NCBI GenBank assembly: GCA_036156175.1
Contig: JAYZVA010000140.1
Location: 1,187 to 65,186, forward strand
DNA: 64,000 nt
Reading direction: 5' to 3'
Source: Myxococcota bacterium
GTDB lineage: Bacteria; Myxococcota_A; UBA796
Shown here: positions 1 through 9,322 of the stretch, one piece after another
Layout of the letters: the number at the start of each line of letters is the position of its first letter
How positions within the stretch are numbered: position 1 is the first letter of the stretch
Notes under the pieces: generated by a model
The model's database searches: none
What the model saw: only the letters and a program-made list of their open reading frames with translations
What the model was told of the DNA's origin: nothing
Program-made: the position numbers and the translations under genes

Positions 1-1102
1 GAATCGTCACGTCGAGGCTCGCCATAAACTCGAGCACGTCGGGGGCAATGGGTGCCGCGCCGCTCACGCAGATGCGTGCGTTGCCCATTCCAATCGCGGG
101 CTTGAGCTTGGAGAAAATGAGTTTGTTTGCGAGCTTGTACTTCAGCGCCAAGGCCGGACCGAGCGGTTTTCCCTGGTTGCGCAGTGCGTTGGCTTCGGCC
201 CCCGTACGGCGGGCGAAGTTGACCAAGCGGAGCTTGATGCCCGTCGCGAGCTTCAGCTTCGCAGAGATGCCCGCATGAAACTTCTCCCACACCCGCGGCA
301 CGCCGAAGAACACGGTGGGCTGCACCTCTTTGAGGTTGTCGGGCATTTGCTCAATTCCTTCCGCAAAGTAGACGCTCGCACCCGACGTAATGGGGGCATG
401 AAGCGTGAACATTTGCTCCGCAATGTGAGACAGGGGCAGGTAGCTGAGGCTCGTGTCGAGATGCGTTTGGTCGACGATGCTGACGGCGGTGTCGGCCGTC
501 CATGCCAGGTTGTCGTGGGAGAGCATCACGGCCTTGGGCGGCCCGGTTGTTCCCGATGTGTAGATGAACGTGGCGGGATCCGAGGGGTTGAGCCCCTTCA
601 CGCGGGCGTCAACGTCCGCCGGGTCCACCTCATCCCCCAAGGCCAAGAACTCATCCCAGGTCAAGGTGTCTGCATCGTCGATGGACGCGCCGCGCATGGT
701 GACGATGCGTTTGAGGTTGGGCAAGTCGCCCCGGACTTCGTTGACCTTGGCCCACTGGGCTTCGTTTTCCACCAAGACAATGGGGGCCTCGGAGTGATTG
801 ATGATGTAGGCCACTTCCTCGGGGGAACAGGTTTGGTAGATTCCCGCCGGGATCATGTTGATGCACATTGCACCCAAGTCCATCTCGACCCATTCTGGGC
901 GGTTGTTCCCGAGGATGCACACCACTTGTCCGTCCGTTCCGCCGGTTGCCAGCAGTGCTGCGGCGACCCGTCGCACATTCGCGGCGTAGCCGGACCACGA
1001 GGTGGGCTCCCACCCGTCGGACCCGCGGACATGGTAGGCCGGAGCGGACGGACGAGTGGTGGCTTGTGCAAGCAGGCGAGCAGGGATGGTGGGTGCGGCC
1101 AT
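1..1102 (-). CDS. AMP-forming long-chain acyl-CoA synthetase (FadD-like); C-terminus runs off the window
   Basis: My own minus-strand translation from the ATG at 1102-1100 reads MAAPTIPARLLAQ... and contains the AMP-binding motif IYTSGTTGPPKAVMLSH. The track ORF 275..1105 (+) is its antisense shadow. Confidence 0.85.
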   Translation of the reverse strand, partial: MAAPTIPARLLAQATTRPSAPAYHVRGSDGWEPTSWSGYAANVRRVAAALLATGGTDGQVVCILGNNRPEWVEMDLGAMCINMIPAGIYQTCSPEEVAYIINHSEAPIVLVENEAQWAKVNEVRGDLPNLKRIVTMRGASIDDADTLTWDEFLALGDEVDPADVDARVKGLNPSDPATFIYTSGTTGPPKAVMLSHDNLAWTADTAVSIVDQTHLDTSLSYLPLSHIAEQMFTLHAPITSGASVYFAEGIEQMPDNLKEVQPTVFFGVPRVWEKFHAGISAKLKLATGIKLRLVNFARRTGAEANALRNQGKPLGPALALKYKLANKLIFSKLKPAIGMGNARICVSGAAPIAPDVLEFMASLDVTI

Positions 1103-1191
1103 TGAGCGGTCCTCGAAAAAGGGGTGTCACTCAAAGCTAATGGCTGGTTGGGCACCCGGGCAACAAACCCGCGGCTCGCAACCGGACTCGA

Positions 1192-1758
1192 CTACAACCC
1201 GCGCGACTCGGCGGCTTTCACCTTCAAGGTCACGAAGTCTTCGATCAGCGCTTCGCGGTTCTCTTCGCGCTCAGCGACTTCGGCCTCGAGTCGCTGGAGT
1301 TCCTGCCGCAAGGCATCGATTTTTTCCTGCCTTCGCTCTTGCTTGGCTTGAAAAATTTCCTCGGCCAGCTCCAAGAGCTGGTCGTGAGTCCGGGCTTTGT
1401 CTTTGCCCCGCGCCGCCAGATGGTCGTTGAGGGCGTCTCGAAAATCTTCTCGCCGCTCGCGTCGTTTTTGGTTTTCCGCATGACTGGCGTGGGCACCGAA
1501 GCCGCTCGCTTTTTTCTCATCCAGCATCTTCTTCATGACGGCGCGAAACTCTTGAGGGTTGTTCTCGCGCATCTCCATCAGCACCTCGAACTTCGCGGGG
1601 TTGGCGTCGTACAGGTGCTTCATCAGCTTGCGGGCGTCCCGGCGATACTGTTCATCGGCTTGGGGGGACGGATGCGGTTCGTCACCGGCGGGTTTCGCCG
1701 CCGCCAAGCCAGGCAGCAGCAGCAGAAAGGCGGCAGTCAGTGTGGTTCGTGCGTTCAT
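1192..1758 (-). CDS. Exported coiled-coil protein of unknown function
   Basis: An internal Met gives the signal peptide MNARTTLTAAFLLLLPGLAAA. The rest is charged and helical (QERRQEKIDALRQELQRLEAEVAEREE). The upstream extension to 1830 begins with GTG and has no signal peptide. Confidence 0.6.
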   Translation of the reverse strand: MNARTTLTAAFLLLLPGLAAAKPAGDEPHPSPQADEQYRRDARKLMKHLYDANPAKFEVLMEMRENNPQEFRAVMKKMLDEKKASGFGAHASHAENQKRRERREDFRDALNDHLAARGKDKARTHDQLLELAEEIFQAKQERRQEKIDALRQELQRLEAEVAEREENREALIEDFVTLKVKAAESRGL

Positions 1759-1850
1759 GGGTTCTCCAAACTGGACGGACCGAGTCGGTCGAGCGCGTGT
1801 GCGGTCATGACAGTGTAGCGCCAAACGCACCGGCGGTGCATCGGTCTCCG

Positions 1851-4304
1851 TCAGTCTTCCGAGTCGATGTAGCCCAAACTCTCGAGGTCGCCTGCCACTT
1901 CGGCGTCGAATCCCTGAATCGTTCCGTCCACATCGGAGGGGATGGGTGCGACCGTGGTGGTCATGCGGATTTGTCGCCCAGCCAATCGTTCGGTGAAGAG
2001 GTTGTCGGGGCGACCGGCCTTTGGGCGGTCGCGGCCGACCAACACCACGGACCGGAGTCCGGTGCGTTTTCCAATCGACATGCCGACCTCAAGGGTGTCT
2101 GGGAGCGGATCCGGAGGCACCAAAAACACCTCAACCATGCCCCGTTGCTTTGGCCACCGAATCACCGTCTTGTCGGTGTCGATGCTGACGGAGGCTTTCC
2201 CCTTCATGGTGGGGTCGTCGCCGACCCATGCGGCCGCAACGGCAGCGTTCAACGTCACCGTGACGGCGTCGCCGCTGGATGACTTGTCGAGCACCATCCG
2301 CCACACGGCACCCACGGGACGGTCGAGAGCGGTGCCGATGGCGCGTTTTGCATCGGCGGTGTCGACGGTGGTTGCCAAGTTGACTTGCTCGCCGGGGTCG
2401 GAATCCAGGTCATAGAGTTCTTCGACGCCTTGGTGAACCATGAACTTGGTGCCGTTCTCCAGGCTCCCCCATCGGCGCAGGCCGTAAAGGGGCCGTCCGA
2501 AGGCTTGCGGTCGCTGACGGAACATGTCGGTGGCTTTTCCACTCGCCAAGAGCCGAAGGTCGGAGCCCTCCATGCCCGCCCCGTCGACGCCGGCAATCCC
2601 CGCGAAAGTGGGCGCCACGTCGATCAGGCTGGTGGGGGCACGAAACACCCCCGGCTCGATGCCCGGGCCCTTCAAGATCATCGGAACGCGCAGCAGTTCG
2701 TCGTACAGGGTGTGCCCGTGCTCAAAGCCACCGTGATCCCAAAATTCTTCGCCGTGGTCTGAAACGATCATCACGACGGCGTCGTCGCCGATGCGCTGAA
2801 AGAAGCGCGCGAGTTGGTCGTCCAAGTACCGCATGTTGTTGTCGTATCGGCCGCGAACGTAGGCCTTGCCATCCTCGCCCATGGTGCGTGCGGCGCGCGT
2901 GATTTCGTGGCGGAGGAAGTAGCTGCTGCCCAGCTCACTCGGTGGCGAGCCCGCAAACAGCGACCGGTACTGGAAGGGCTCGGTGTAGGGCAAGTGCATG
3001 TCCATCAAGTGCAGCATCAGGAACGCATCTTGGTCGCGGTATCGTTCGAGAAACGCCAGGCCGCGCTGGATTTGGACCGAGCCTTGAGGCCAGTTGATGC
3101 ACTGATGCATCCCCCATCCGTCGGCCATCTCGAAGTTCGACGACAAATACACGTTGCCGGCAACCATTCCCGTGGCCCAGCCGTTGCTTGCCAGTCGGTC
3201 TTGAAGCTTTTCGACCTTGTCCCAGCGCTCTGGGTGCGTTCCCGTGACCATCGTGCGGGCCGATGGCAGCGTCCAAGGGGCCACCGATCGGGCCTGCGTG
3301 AACACGGCGGCTTCGCTCGACCACGCATCCAACTTGGGGCTTGTATCCCGCTCGTATCCATACAGGCCCAGCGCGTCCGCGCGGAGTGTATCGATGAACA
3401 CCAGCACCATGCGTTGCGGGTTGGGCGTGGGTGTGTAGACCGTCGGTTCGGCAATGAACACGTAGTCGAGGGTCCCGGTTGCACCGGTTTCCGTGGCGAT
3501 CCCCAGCTCGATTTGCTGACCAGCAAACGCCGATAGGTCGATTCGGTGACGCGCCTCGGTGGCCGACACCGCGACCCGCGCGACTTCCGTGGACGTGCCC
3601 CCCGAGCCCACCGAGATCACGGCCGTTGCGCCGTCCGACTGCTGTCCGTCAAGCACGCTCTCGGGCGGGACGAGAATCGCATCAAACCGCAGGACGCCGT
3701 TGTCCGGCACATCCACCGCATACCGAATCCGCGACGGGGCCGGCAGAAACAGCCCGTGCCGGTTGGTGTCTCCGATCTGAACGCTGCGGAACACGAACTC
3801 GGCATCGGACACGTCGGACATGCTGCGATTCAACGCTCGTTCGCGCTCGCGTGCCCGCGGGTACCGAACGCGGTACTCACCGGCCTTCGGCGGGCCGTCC
3901 GCGATGGGGCGGCGGACGTGAATGGTGTTGGCAGAAAAGGCCCAGGTGTTGGTCTTGCCCGAGTTTTCGACGCCGCTCTTCGGCGATACCGTTCGGAAGC
4001 GATCGGGCGCATCCTTGCTCCTGCGCTCCAGCTTCATGCCGCTGGGTGGACGGTGAAAAAAGAGTGTTCGCGGTCGCACCGGAAGGCGCGCTTCCCACGT
4101 GCGCACCCCATCGATGCTGTGGACGATCCGCCACGGTCCTTGGACGGGTGCATGGGCCGGAACGGCGTCGCGGGATTGGTCGGCGAGGACCAGCTCCGTG
4201 ACCCGCTCCGGGTGGCGGTCCAACAGGACGCTCTTTCCCCAAGCAGGCGTGGCCGCCCCGAGCAGAATCAGGCCGGCCGCGATCAGCGGCATCGTGTGCA
4301 GCAT
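1851..4304 (-). CDS. Alkaline-phosphatase-superfamily (sulfatase-fold) enzyme with a roughly 300 aa N-terminal domain of unknown function
   Basis: Signal peptide present. Sulfatase-fold motifs are LVFIDTLRADALG, SVAPWTLPSARTMVTG and IVSDHGEEFWDHGGFEHGH. The nucleophile position is Thr, not Cys or Ser. Confidence 0.85.
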   Translation of the reverse strand: MLHTMPLIAAGLILLGAATPAWGKSVLLDRHPERVTELVLADQSRDAVPAHAPVQGPWRIVHSIDGVRTWEARLPVRPRTLFFHRPPSGMKLERRSKDAPDRFRTVSPKSGVENSGKTNTWAFSANTIHVRRPIADGPPKAGEYRVRYPRARERERALNRSMSDVSDAEFVFRSVQIGDTNRHGLFLPAPSRIRYAVDVPDNGVLRFDAILVPPESVLDGQQSDGATAVISVGSGGTSTEVARVAVSATEARHRIDLSAFAGQQIELGIATETGATGTLDYVFIAEPTVYTPTPNPQRMVLVFIDTLRADALGLYGYERDTSPKLDAWSSEAAVFTQARSVAPWTLPSARTMVTGTHPERWDKVEKLQDRLASNGWATGMVAGNVYLSSNFEMADGWGMHQCINWPQGSVQIQRGLAFLERYRDQDAFLMLHLMDMHLPYTEPFQYRSLFAGSPPSELGSSYFLRHEITRAARTMGEDGKAYVRGRYDNNMRYLDDQLARFFQRIGDDAVVMIVSDHGEEFWDHGGFEHGHTLYDELLRVPMILKGPGIEPGVFRAPTSLIDVAPTFAGIAGVDGAGMEGSDLRLLASGKATDMFRQRPQAFGRPLYGLRRWGSLENGTKFMVHQGVEELYDLDSDPGEQVNLATTVDTADAKRAIGTALDRPVGAVWRMVLDKSSSGDAVTVTLNAAVAAAWVGDDPTMKGKASVSIDTDKTVIRWPKQRGMVEVFLVPPDPLPDTLEVGMSIGKRTGLRSVVLVGRDRPKAGRPDNLFTERLAGRQIRMTTTVAPIPSDVDGTIQGFDAEVAGDLESLGYIDSED

Positions 4305-4320
4305 CGATGGGGTCTCGAGG

Positions 4321-5631
4321 TCAGTCGCGCCGACGAATCATCAGGCCCGCCAGTCCGATGAGGAGGCCAGCCAACCCGCCCGTCGATGGCGCCGTTGCGC
4401 AACCCGACGCGCCCACTTCTTCCACTTTGATGAGCAGCTCTTCCGCCGCCACCAGGTCGCCGGGGGCGCCCACATACAAGACCACCCGGTAGTCGCCCTC
4501 TTCCTCGAAGTCGATTTTGGGAGACCACGCGCTGATGGTCCGCATCGGTTCCGTGCTGTTGCCCTTGAACACGTCCCACCGGATGCGCTCGATGCACCCG
4601 TACACGCTGGTGTCGACTTGGTTGACCATCTGGTACACGAAGTCTTCCACGGGCTCGTAGGTGAACATGCCGCTGAAGCCATCCGCGGGGACGGGGGTGT
4701 CGCAGACCGTCACGTAGGCCAGCTCGCGTTGCGTGAACTCCCACTCGCCGCATTGCTCTTGGGTGCCGGTGACCTGCATGTTGACGGAGTATTGACCCGC
4801 CTCGGTGTAGGTGTGGCACACGGGCGAAGTGGTCTCCACGGAGGTGGTGCCATCGCCGAAGTTCCACTCAATCTCGAACCCCTCGCCTTCGTCATCCATC
4901 TCGATGTCAAAGCAAACTTCAAGGGGCGCGCTCCCGTTGCGCTGCGACTCCGAAGAGAAGCTGGCGTACGGACCGTACAAGGCAGTGATCCCCTCAATGT
5001 CGTCGTCGCTGAGGTCGCTTTGATAGGTGCTGCACGGCCCGATCGACCAGTACATTGTTGCGTAGCGAAGATCGAGGTCGGTGCACGTCTCGCCCTCTTC
5101 GCACGAATGGCCGAGGCCCCAGAGGTGACCGATCTCATGGGTGGCGACGGCTTCCAGGGAGTACTCGCGGGTGCAGCCGTTGGCGATGCCCTCATCGGTG
5201 TCCCAGTCGATGTCCTTGTTGAAGATGATGTCGGAGTCTTTGGCGTAGGTGTAGGTCTCTCCGGAGAGCGTAAACGCGACGTCGGAAGTTTGGTTGGTGA
5301 TCGTCACACCCAACACGCCGGCGCCCATCTGGTCTTGCGGGTCGTCGAAGTAGAACGTGTTGACGTCGTCGTTCTCTTTCCCGGTGCGGTTGCCCTCGCG
5401 GACGCCCATGTATTCCGTTGAGAGCGTGGCGCAGGGCGCCTCCACTTCCCAGTGCTCCCATGCGGCGGTCAGAATTTCCGCCTCGATGCCCTCCGGCAGC
5501 GAGTCTTCGGGGGTGTCCCCCATGTACCACTCAAGCGGGAACATGTCGCGGTCCCACACCCAGCGGTTGTGTTTCCAGGCGTGGGCGGGTTCGGATGCGA
5601 GGATCGGAAGAAGCAGTGCGGAGACCATCAT
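4321..5631 (-). CDS. Secreted metzincin zinc metalloprotease with a PKD-like domain and a MYXO-CTERM-like sorting tail
   Basis: HEIGHLWGLGH matches HExxHxxGxxH. A PKD-like segment reads FGDGTTSVETTSPVCHTYTEAGQYSVNMQVTG. The C-terminus is GCATAPSTGGLAGLLIGLAGLMIRRRD. There is a 4-nt overlap with the upstream gene. Confidence 0.85.
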   Translation of the reverse strand: MMVSALLLPILASEPAHAWKHNRWVWDRDMFPLEWYMGDTPEDSLPEGIEAEILTAAWEHWEVEAPCATLSTEYMGVREGNRTGKENDDVNTFYFDDPQDQMGAGVLGVTITNQTSDVAFTLSGETYTYAKDSDIIFNKDIDWDTDEGIANGCTREYSLEAVATHEIGHLWGLGHSCEEGETCTDLDLRYATMYWSIGPCSTYQSDLSDDDIEGITALYGPYASFSSESQRNGSAPLEVCFDIEMDDEGEGFEIEWNFGDGTTSVETTSPVCHTYTEAGQYSVNMQVTGTQEQCGEWEFTQRELAYVTVCDTPVPADGFSGMFTYEPVEDFVYQMVNQVDTSVYGCIERIRWDVFKGNSTEPMRTISAWSPKIDFEEEGDYRVVLYVGAPGDLVAAEELLIKVEEVGASGCATAPSTGGLAGLLIGLAGLMIRRRD

Positions 5632-6254
5632 TGGGCTGACCCCTTGGCGTTGATGCGTTGAAGCCGGTCCAAGCTGACTCCGGGGATGGGCTCCCCGTCC
5701 CAGCCAGCAGTGACGCGGTTGGTGATGGTTTCTTCGAAGTCGCTCAGCGAGACCCGCTTGCTCTCATCGGGCAGCGGCAGAAACCGGTGGTCGTAGGCTT
5801 GGCCCGGCGCGGGGATAAAGCGGTGCGCGATGGTCTCGCGGGAGTAAGGGTCCAGCTGGAGCGTGTACTTGCCTTGACTGAGGCCGACGGTCGACAGGCG
5901 GCCGGACCCGAGCGCTTCCAAGAAGAACACGGCGTCCTCACCGGGGCTGAAGCGCGTCGAGCCGTGAACCACCGACACGTGACCCCCGAACGTTCCGCCG
6001 AGGCGGTCGATGACGTGGGTGGTCTTGGACGGGTCGCCTTTGTAGGTCTTTGTGACTTCGAGTTGGGCGCGGGTCCAGACGACGCCGTTCTCATCCTCTT
6101 CCGCCCAGACTTCGGTCACGGTGCCGCGAACGATGATGTCGGCTGCATCGACAATCTGGTTGGTGCTCAGCTTCACCATTGTGGTGGCGCTGGCCGTCGG
6201 GCTCAATCCTGCGATGCAGGTGGCCAACAAGGCAACGGGCAGAAATCGGGTCAT
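5628..6254 (-). CDS. Exported protein of unknown function
   Basis: The start is placed at MTRFLPVALLATCIAGLSPTASA, which is a signal peptide. The long N-terminal extension of the track ORF (to 6524) is Arg/Pro-rich and looks non-coding. An ATGA overlap couples it to the metzincin gene. Confidence 0.7.
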   Translation of the reverse strand: MTRFLPVALLATCIAGLSPTASATTMVKLSTNQIVDAADIIVRGTVTEVWAEEDENGVVWTRAQLEVTKTYKGDPSKTTHVIDRLGGTFGGHVSVVHGSTRFSPGEDAVFFLEALGSGRLSTVGLSQGKYTLQLDPYSRETIAHRFIPAPGQAYDHRFLPLPDESKRVSLSDFEETITNRVTAGWDGEPIPGVSLDRLQRINAKGSAQ

Positions 6255-6605
6255 GGGTCGCTCCAATGGGTCGTGCGCGGAGTGCACCAGAGAGTATACC
6301 CTCGGCACGGCGTCATGTCCGGTCGTAACACCAAGGGGAGTCCTTCGCAGTATCTGGGGGTCAGTTCGCGAGACGTTGACGTTTCGTGGGGCAGATCGGA
6401 CGCGCGATCCGCGGCGATTCTGCGGGGTGAAGACGAACGTGGTAGAGGGAGGAGCGCGGCGCGTTGGGAGGATGTTTTGCAGACGGGGACGTCGTTTTCT
6501 TGACTGTCCACACGGCAACACCATAAGCCCATTGAGTCTCGTATTGTTGAGCCACGCCCCAGAGGGGCTCCACGTCCTGTCTCAGGACTGCAAAAAGGAA
6601 GGGCC

Positions 6606-9320
6606 ATGCCCCGACTCATTTCATTGCTGAAGTTGATTTTGATGGTCGCCATCATCGCGCCAACCGCCGCATTTGGTTCGGTGACATCGGGAACCGTGAA
6701 GGGCGTCGTCGTCGACGACGGCGGACTGCCGATCCCCGCCGTGCTCATCACCGTATCGTCGGAAAACCTGATGGGAATGCGGTCGGTCGAGACCGATGTA
6801 AACGGCCGATTCTTCTTGGCGGAACTCCCGCCGGGCATGTACGAACTCGTGGCCTCGAAGGCTGGGTTCACCAAGAAGACGTACCCCAACTTGGGCGTCA
6901 ACGTTGGGCGCAACACCATCTTGACCATCACCCTGCCGCTGCAACAAGCCGGTGAGGAGATGATCATCGAAGAAACCCGCCCCACCATCGATACGGAGTC
7001 GGCAACGCGGGGCTCGGTGCTCACCAAGGAGTTTCTTGACCGCATTCCGGCCGGTCGGTCGTACCAGCAAGCCGTCCAGATGGCAGCCGGTGTCACCGGG
7101 GGCGCCAACGCCAACATTGGCGGGGCAAGCTCGAACGAAAACACCTACATGCTGGACGGTGTGAACATCACCGACCCGGTGACCGGTACGTTCTCGCTGA
7201 ACTTCAACTACGACGCCATCGAACAAATCGAAGTGCTGACTTCGGCTTTTGACCCCGAGTACGGCTACAACCTCGGCGGGTCGATCAACGTGGTGACCCG
7301 GGGCGGTGGAAACAACCTCGAAGTCAACACCGGGATTTACTACACGAACGGAAACTGGGCGCCCAAGCTGGACGCGCGCTACGCGGCCGACGGCTACGAG
7401 CTGGCACCCACCGATTTCGACACGCAGTACGAAGTGATCCGCGCCGGTTCCACCGTTTCCGGACCCATCGTGCGCGACAAAATCTGGTACATCGCGTCGT
7501 ACCAGTTCACGCGGTCGCTGATCTCCAATGTGGGAATCGACCTGCCCCGGGACTTCGATGGGCACTACGTGTTCACCAAGCTCACCGCCCAACCGAGCGC
7601 CGAACACCGGTTCACGGTCATCGGTCAAACCGACCCATCGGCCATCGATAACCTCGATCAGTCTGACCGCTTCGTAAAGCCCGAGGCGCAGTATCGGCAG
7701 GCTCAGGGCGGCTTCCTGACGTCGCTGCAGTGGGATTGGTTCATCTCGCCCGAGATGTTCTTGGAGACCAAGTCATTGGTCCAAAAGTCCTACATCGAGC
7801 AATACGCGGTGCCCTGCACCCACGACTCGGACCTTGGGTACCACCCGTGCGAGCCGACCGAACTGGAGAACAACATCGACTTCCTCACGCCGGCGCGTCT
7901 GGGGCAGTACAACGCGTTCGATAGCGACAACGCGGGGTTCTTCCTCTTCGATGACCGCTGGCGCATGAGCGTTGAGAGCAAGTTGTCGTTGCTCCAGGTG
8001 GAGTTTGCCGGCACACACGACTTCAAGGTCGGGTTCGGCGCCGATACAACGGCGTGGGACCAGGCCTACGGAAACAGCGGCAACGTGTACTTCTACGACC
8101 TGAACGCGATCACGTACGATCCCAGCACACTCCAGAACTACTACTGGGTGGAGAGCACCGGGGCCTACAAGTTCACGTCCACGGCCGACCACTGGGGTGC
8201 GTTCATTCAAGACGTCTACAAGCCGGTTGACAACCTGACGTTCCGGTTTGGAACCCGCTACGACAAGTCGGTGTTGCGAAACGACGTCGGCGAGGAGATC
8301 GTCAACGTGGGCTTGTGGGGACCGCGGTTCAGCGTCATCTGGGACCCATGGGCCAACGGAAAGACCAAGATTGTGGGTTCAGCCGGTCGGTTCAACGACT
8401 CGGGTCGTCTGGCCGTGGCCCAGTTCATGGGCCAGTCCGGCAACGGGTACAAGCTGAACCTCGGCGAGTACTTCGGCGAGTACGAGTCGCCGGCCTCCAA
8501 CAACTACATTTACCAACCGCTGAACAGCAAGCGCAGCGTCCAGGAAGGCGTCATTGCACCGCACTCGGACGAGTTCAGCGTCGGTGGCGAGCGGGAGTTG
8601 ATCCAAGACTTGGCGATGCAGTTGTACTTCACCGGGAAGTTCACACGGAACCTCTGGGCGGCCGATGACCTGAACCTCATCTGGGACGAGGATGGGTACA
8701 ACGTGCTCGGTTCCCGGGACGGCACCTACGAGCAGGCGCTGCGCCTGCGGAGCCCGAACATTGCGCAACGAAACTACTTCCGAACGGACGTGGGGCTCCA
8801 GCGAAACATGGCCGACCGGTGGGCGGTGCAGGGGAACTACTCCCTGACCTACTCTCGCGGTACCGTGCAGGGCTCGCCGTCCAGTGTGCTGGCGGTGTCC
8901 CCGCAAGTGAAGCACTACATTGACGGGTACCTGTTCACCGACGTCCGCCACGACGTGTCCGCAGGATTCTCGTGGGACATTCCCAACGATCCGTGGACCA
9001 CGCGGGTTGGCGGTGTGGTGTTCTACGAGAGCGGGAACCCCGAGAGCCGGTCGTACGCGGGCGGGTACTTCAACGGGTCCAGCATGCTCAAGCAGACCGC
9101 TGGGACGTACGCACGGGAAGAAGCCTGGTGGAGCATCAACCTCAAGGTGGACCAGGCCGTACCGGTTCGCACTGGAAAGCTGTTTGCCGTGGCCGAGATT
9201 TACAACCTGCTGAACAACCGCCAAGGCGACTCGGCCGGTATTTCAGGTGACAACCGCTGGATTATTTATGGGCGACAAAATCCAGTCGAGATGATGTTAG
9301 GCGCCCGGTACGAGTTCTAA
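6606..9320 (+). CDS. TonB-dependent outer-membrane receptor with an N-terminal carboxypeptidase-regulatory-like domain (Oar/SusC-like architecture)
   Basis: Signal peptide present. A CarboxypepD_reg-like segment reads GTVKGVVVDDGGLPIPAVLITV...NGRFFLAELPPGMYELVASKAGF. The plug motif is NTYMLDGVNITDP. The barrel ends in ...GARYEF. Confidence 0.85.
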   Translation: MPRLISLLKLILMVAIIAPTAAFGSVTSGTVKGVVVDDGGLPIPAVLITVSSENLMGMRSVETDVNGRFFLAELPPGMYELVASKAGFTKKTYPNLGVNVGRNTILTITLPLQQAGEEMIIEETRPTIDTESATRGSVLTKEFLDRIPAGRSYQQAVQMAAGVTGGANANIGGASSNENTYMLDGVNITDPVTGTFSLNFNYDAIEQIEVLTSAFDPEYGYNLGGSINVVTRGGGNNLEVNTGIYYTNGNWAPKLDARYAADGYELAPTDFDTQYEVIRAGSTVSGPIVRDKIWYIASYQFTRSLISNVGIDLPRDFDGHYVFTKLTAQPSAEHRFTVIGQTDPSAIDNLDQSDRFVKPEAQYRQAQGGFLTSLQWDWFISPEMFLETKSLVQKSYIEQYAVPCTHDSDLGYHPCEPTELENNIDFLTPARLGQYNAFDSDNAGFFLFDDRWRMSVESKLSLLQVEFAGTHDFKVGFGADTTAWDQAYGNSGNVYFYDLNAITYDPSTLQNYYWVESTGAYKFTSTADHWGAFIQDVYKPVDNLTFRFGTRYDKSVLRNDVGEEIVNVGLWGPRFSVIWDPWANGKTKIVGSAGRFNDSGRLAVAQFMGQSGNGYKLNLGEYFGEYESPASNNYIYQPLNSKRSVQEGVIAPHSDEFSVGGERELIQDLAMQLYFTGKFTRNLWAADDLNLIWDEDGYNVLGSRDGTYEQALRLRSPNIAQRNYFRTDVGLQRNMADRWAVQGNYSLTYSRGTVQGSPSSVLAVSPQVKHYIDGYLFTDVRHDVSAGFSWDIPNDPWTTRVGGVVFYESGNPESRSYAGGYFNGSSMLKQTAGTYAREEAWWSINLKVDQAVPVRTGKLFAVAEIYNLLNNRQGDSAGISGDNRWIIYGRQNPVEMMLGARYEF

Positions 9321-9322
9321 TC

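Noticed and set aside
275-1105. A 276-aa plus-strand ORF at the left edge.
   Set aside because: It is antisense to the acyl-CoA synthetase, whose AMP-binding motif I could read on the minus strand. The composition is Arg/Gly/His-rich.
6255-6605. A possible cobalamin or other riboswitch in the 350-nt leader of the TonB-dependent receptor, and likewise upstream of the second receptor at 52049-52141.
   Set aside because: I could not find a B12-box (GCCACTG-like core) or another riboswitch signature by eye. A covariance-model scan would be needed to exclude one.
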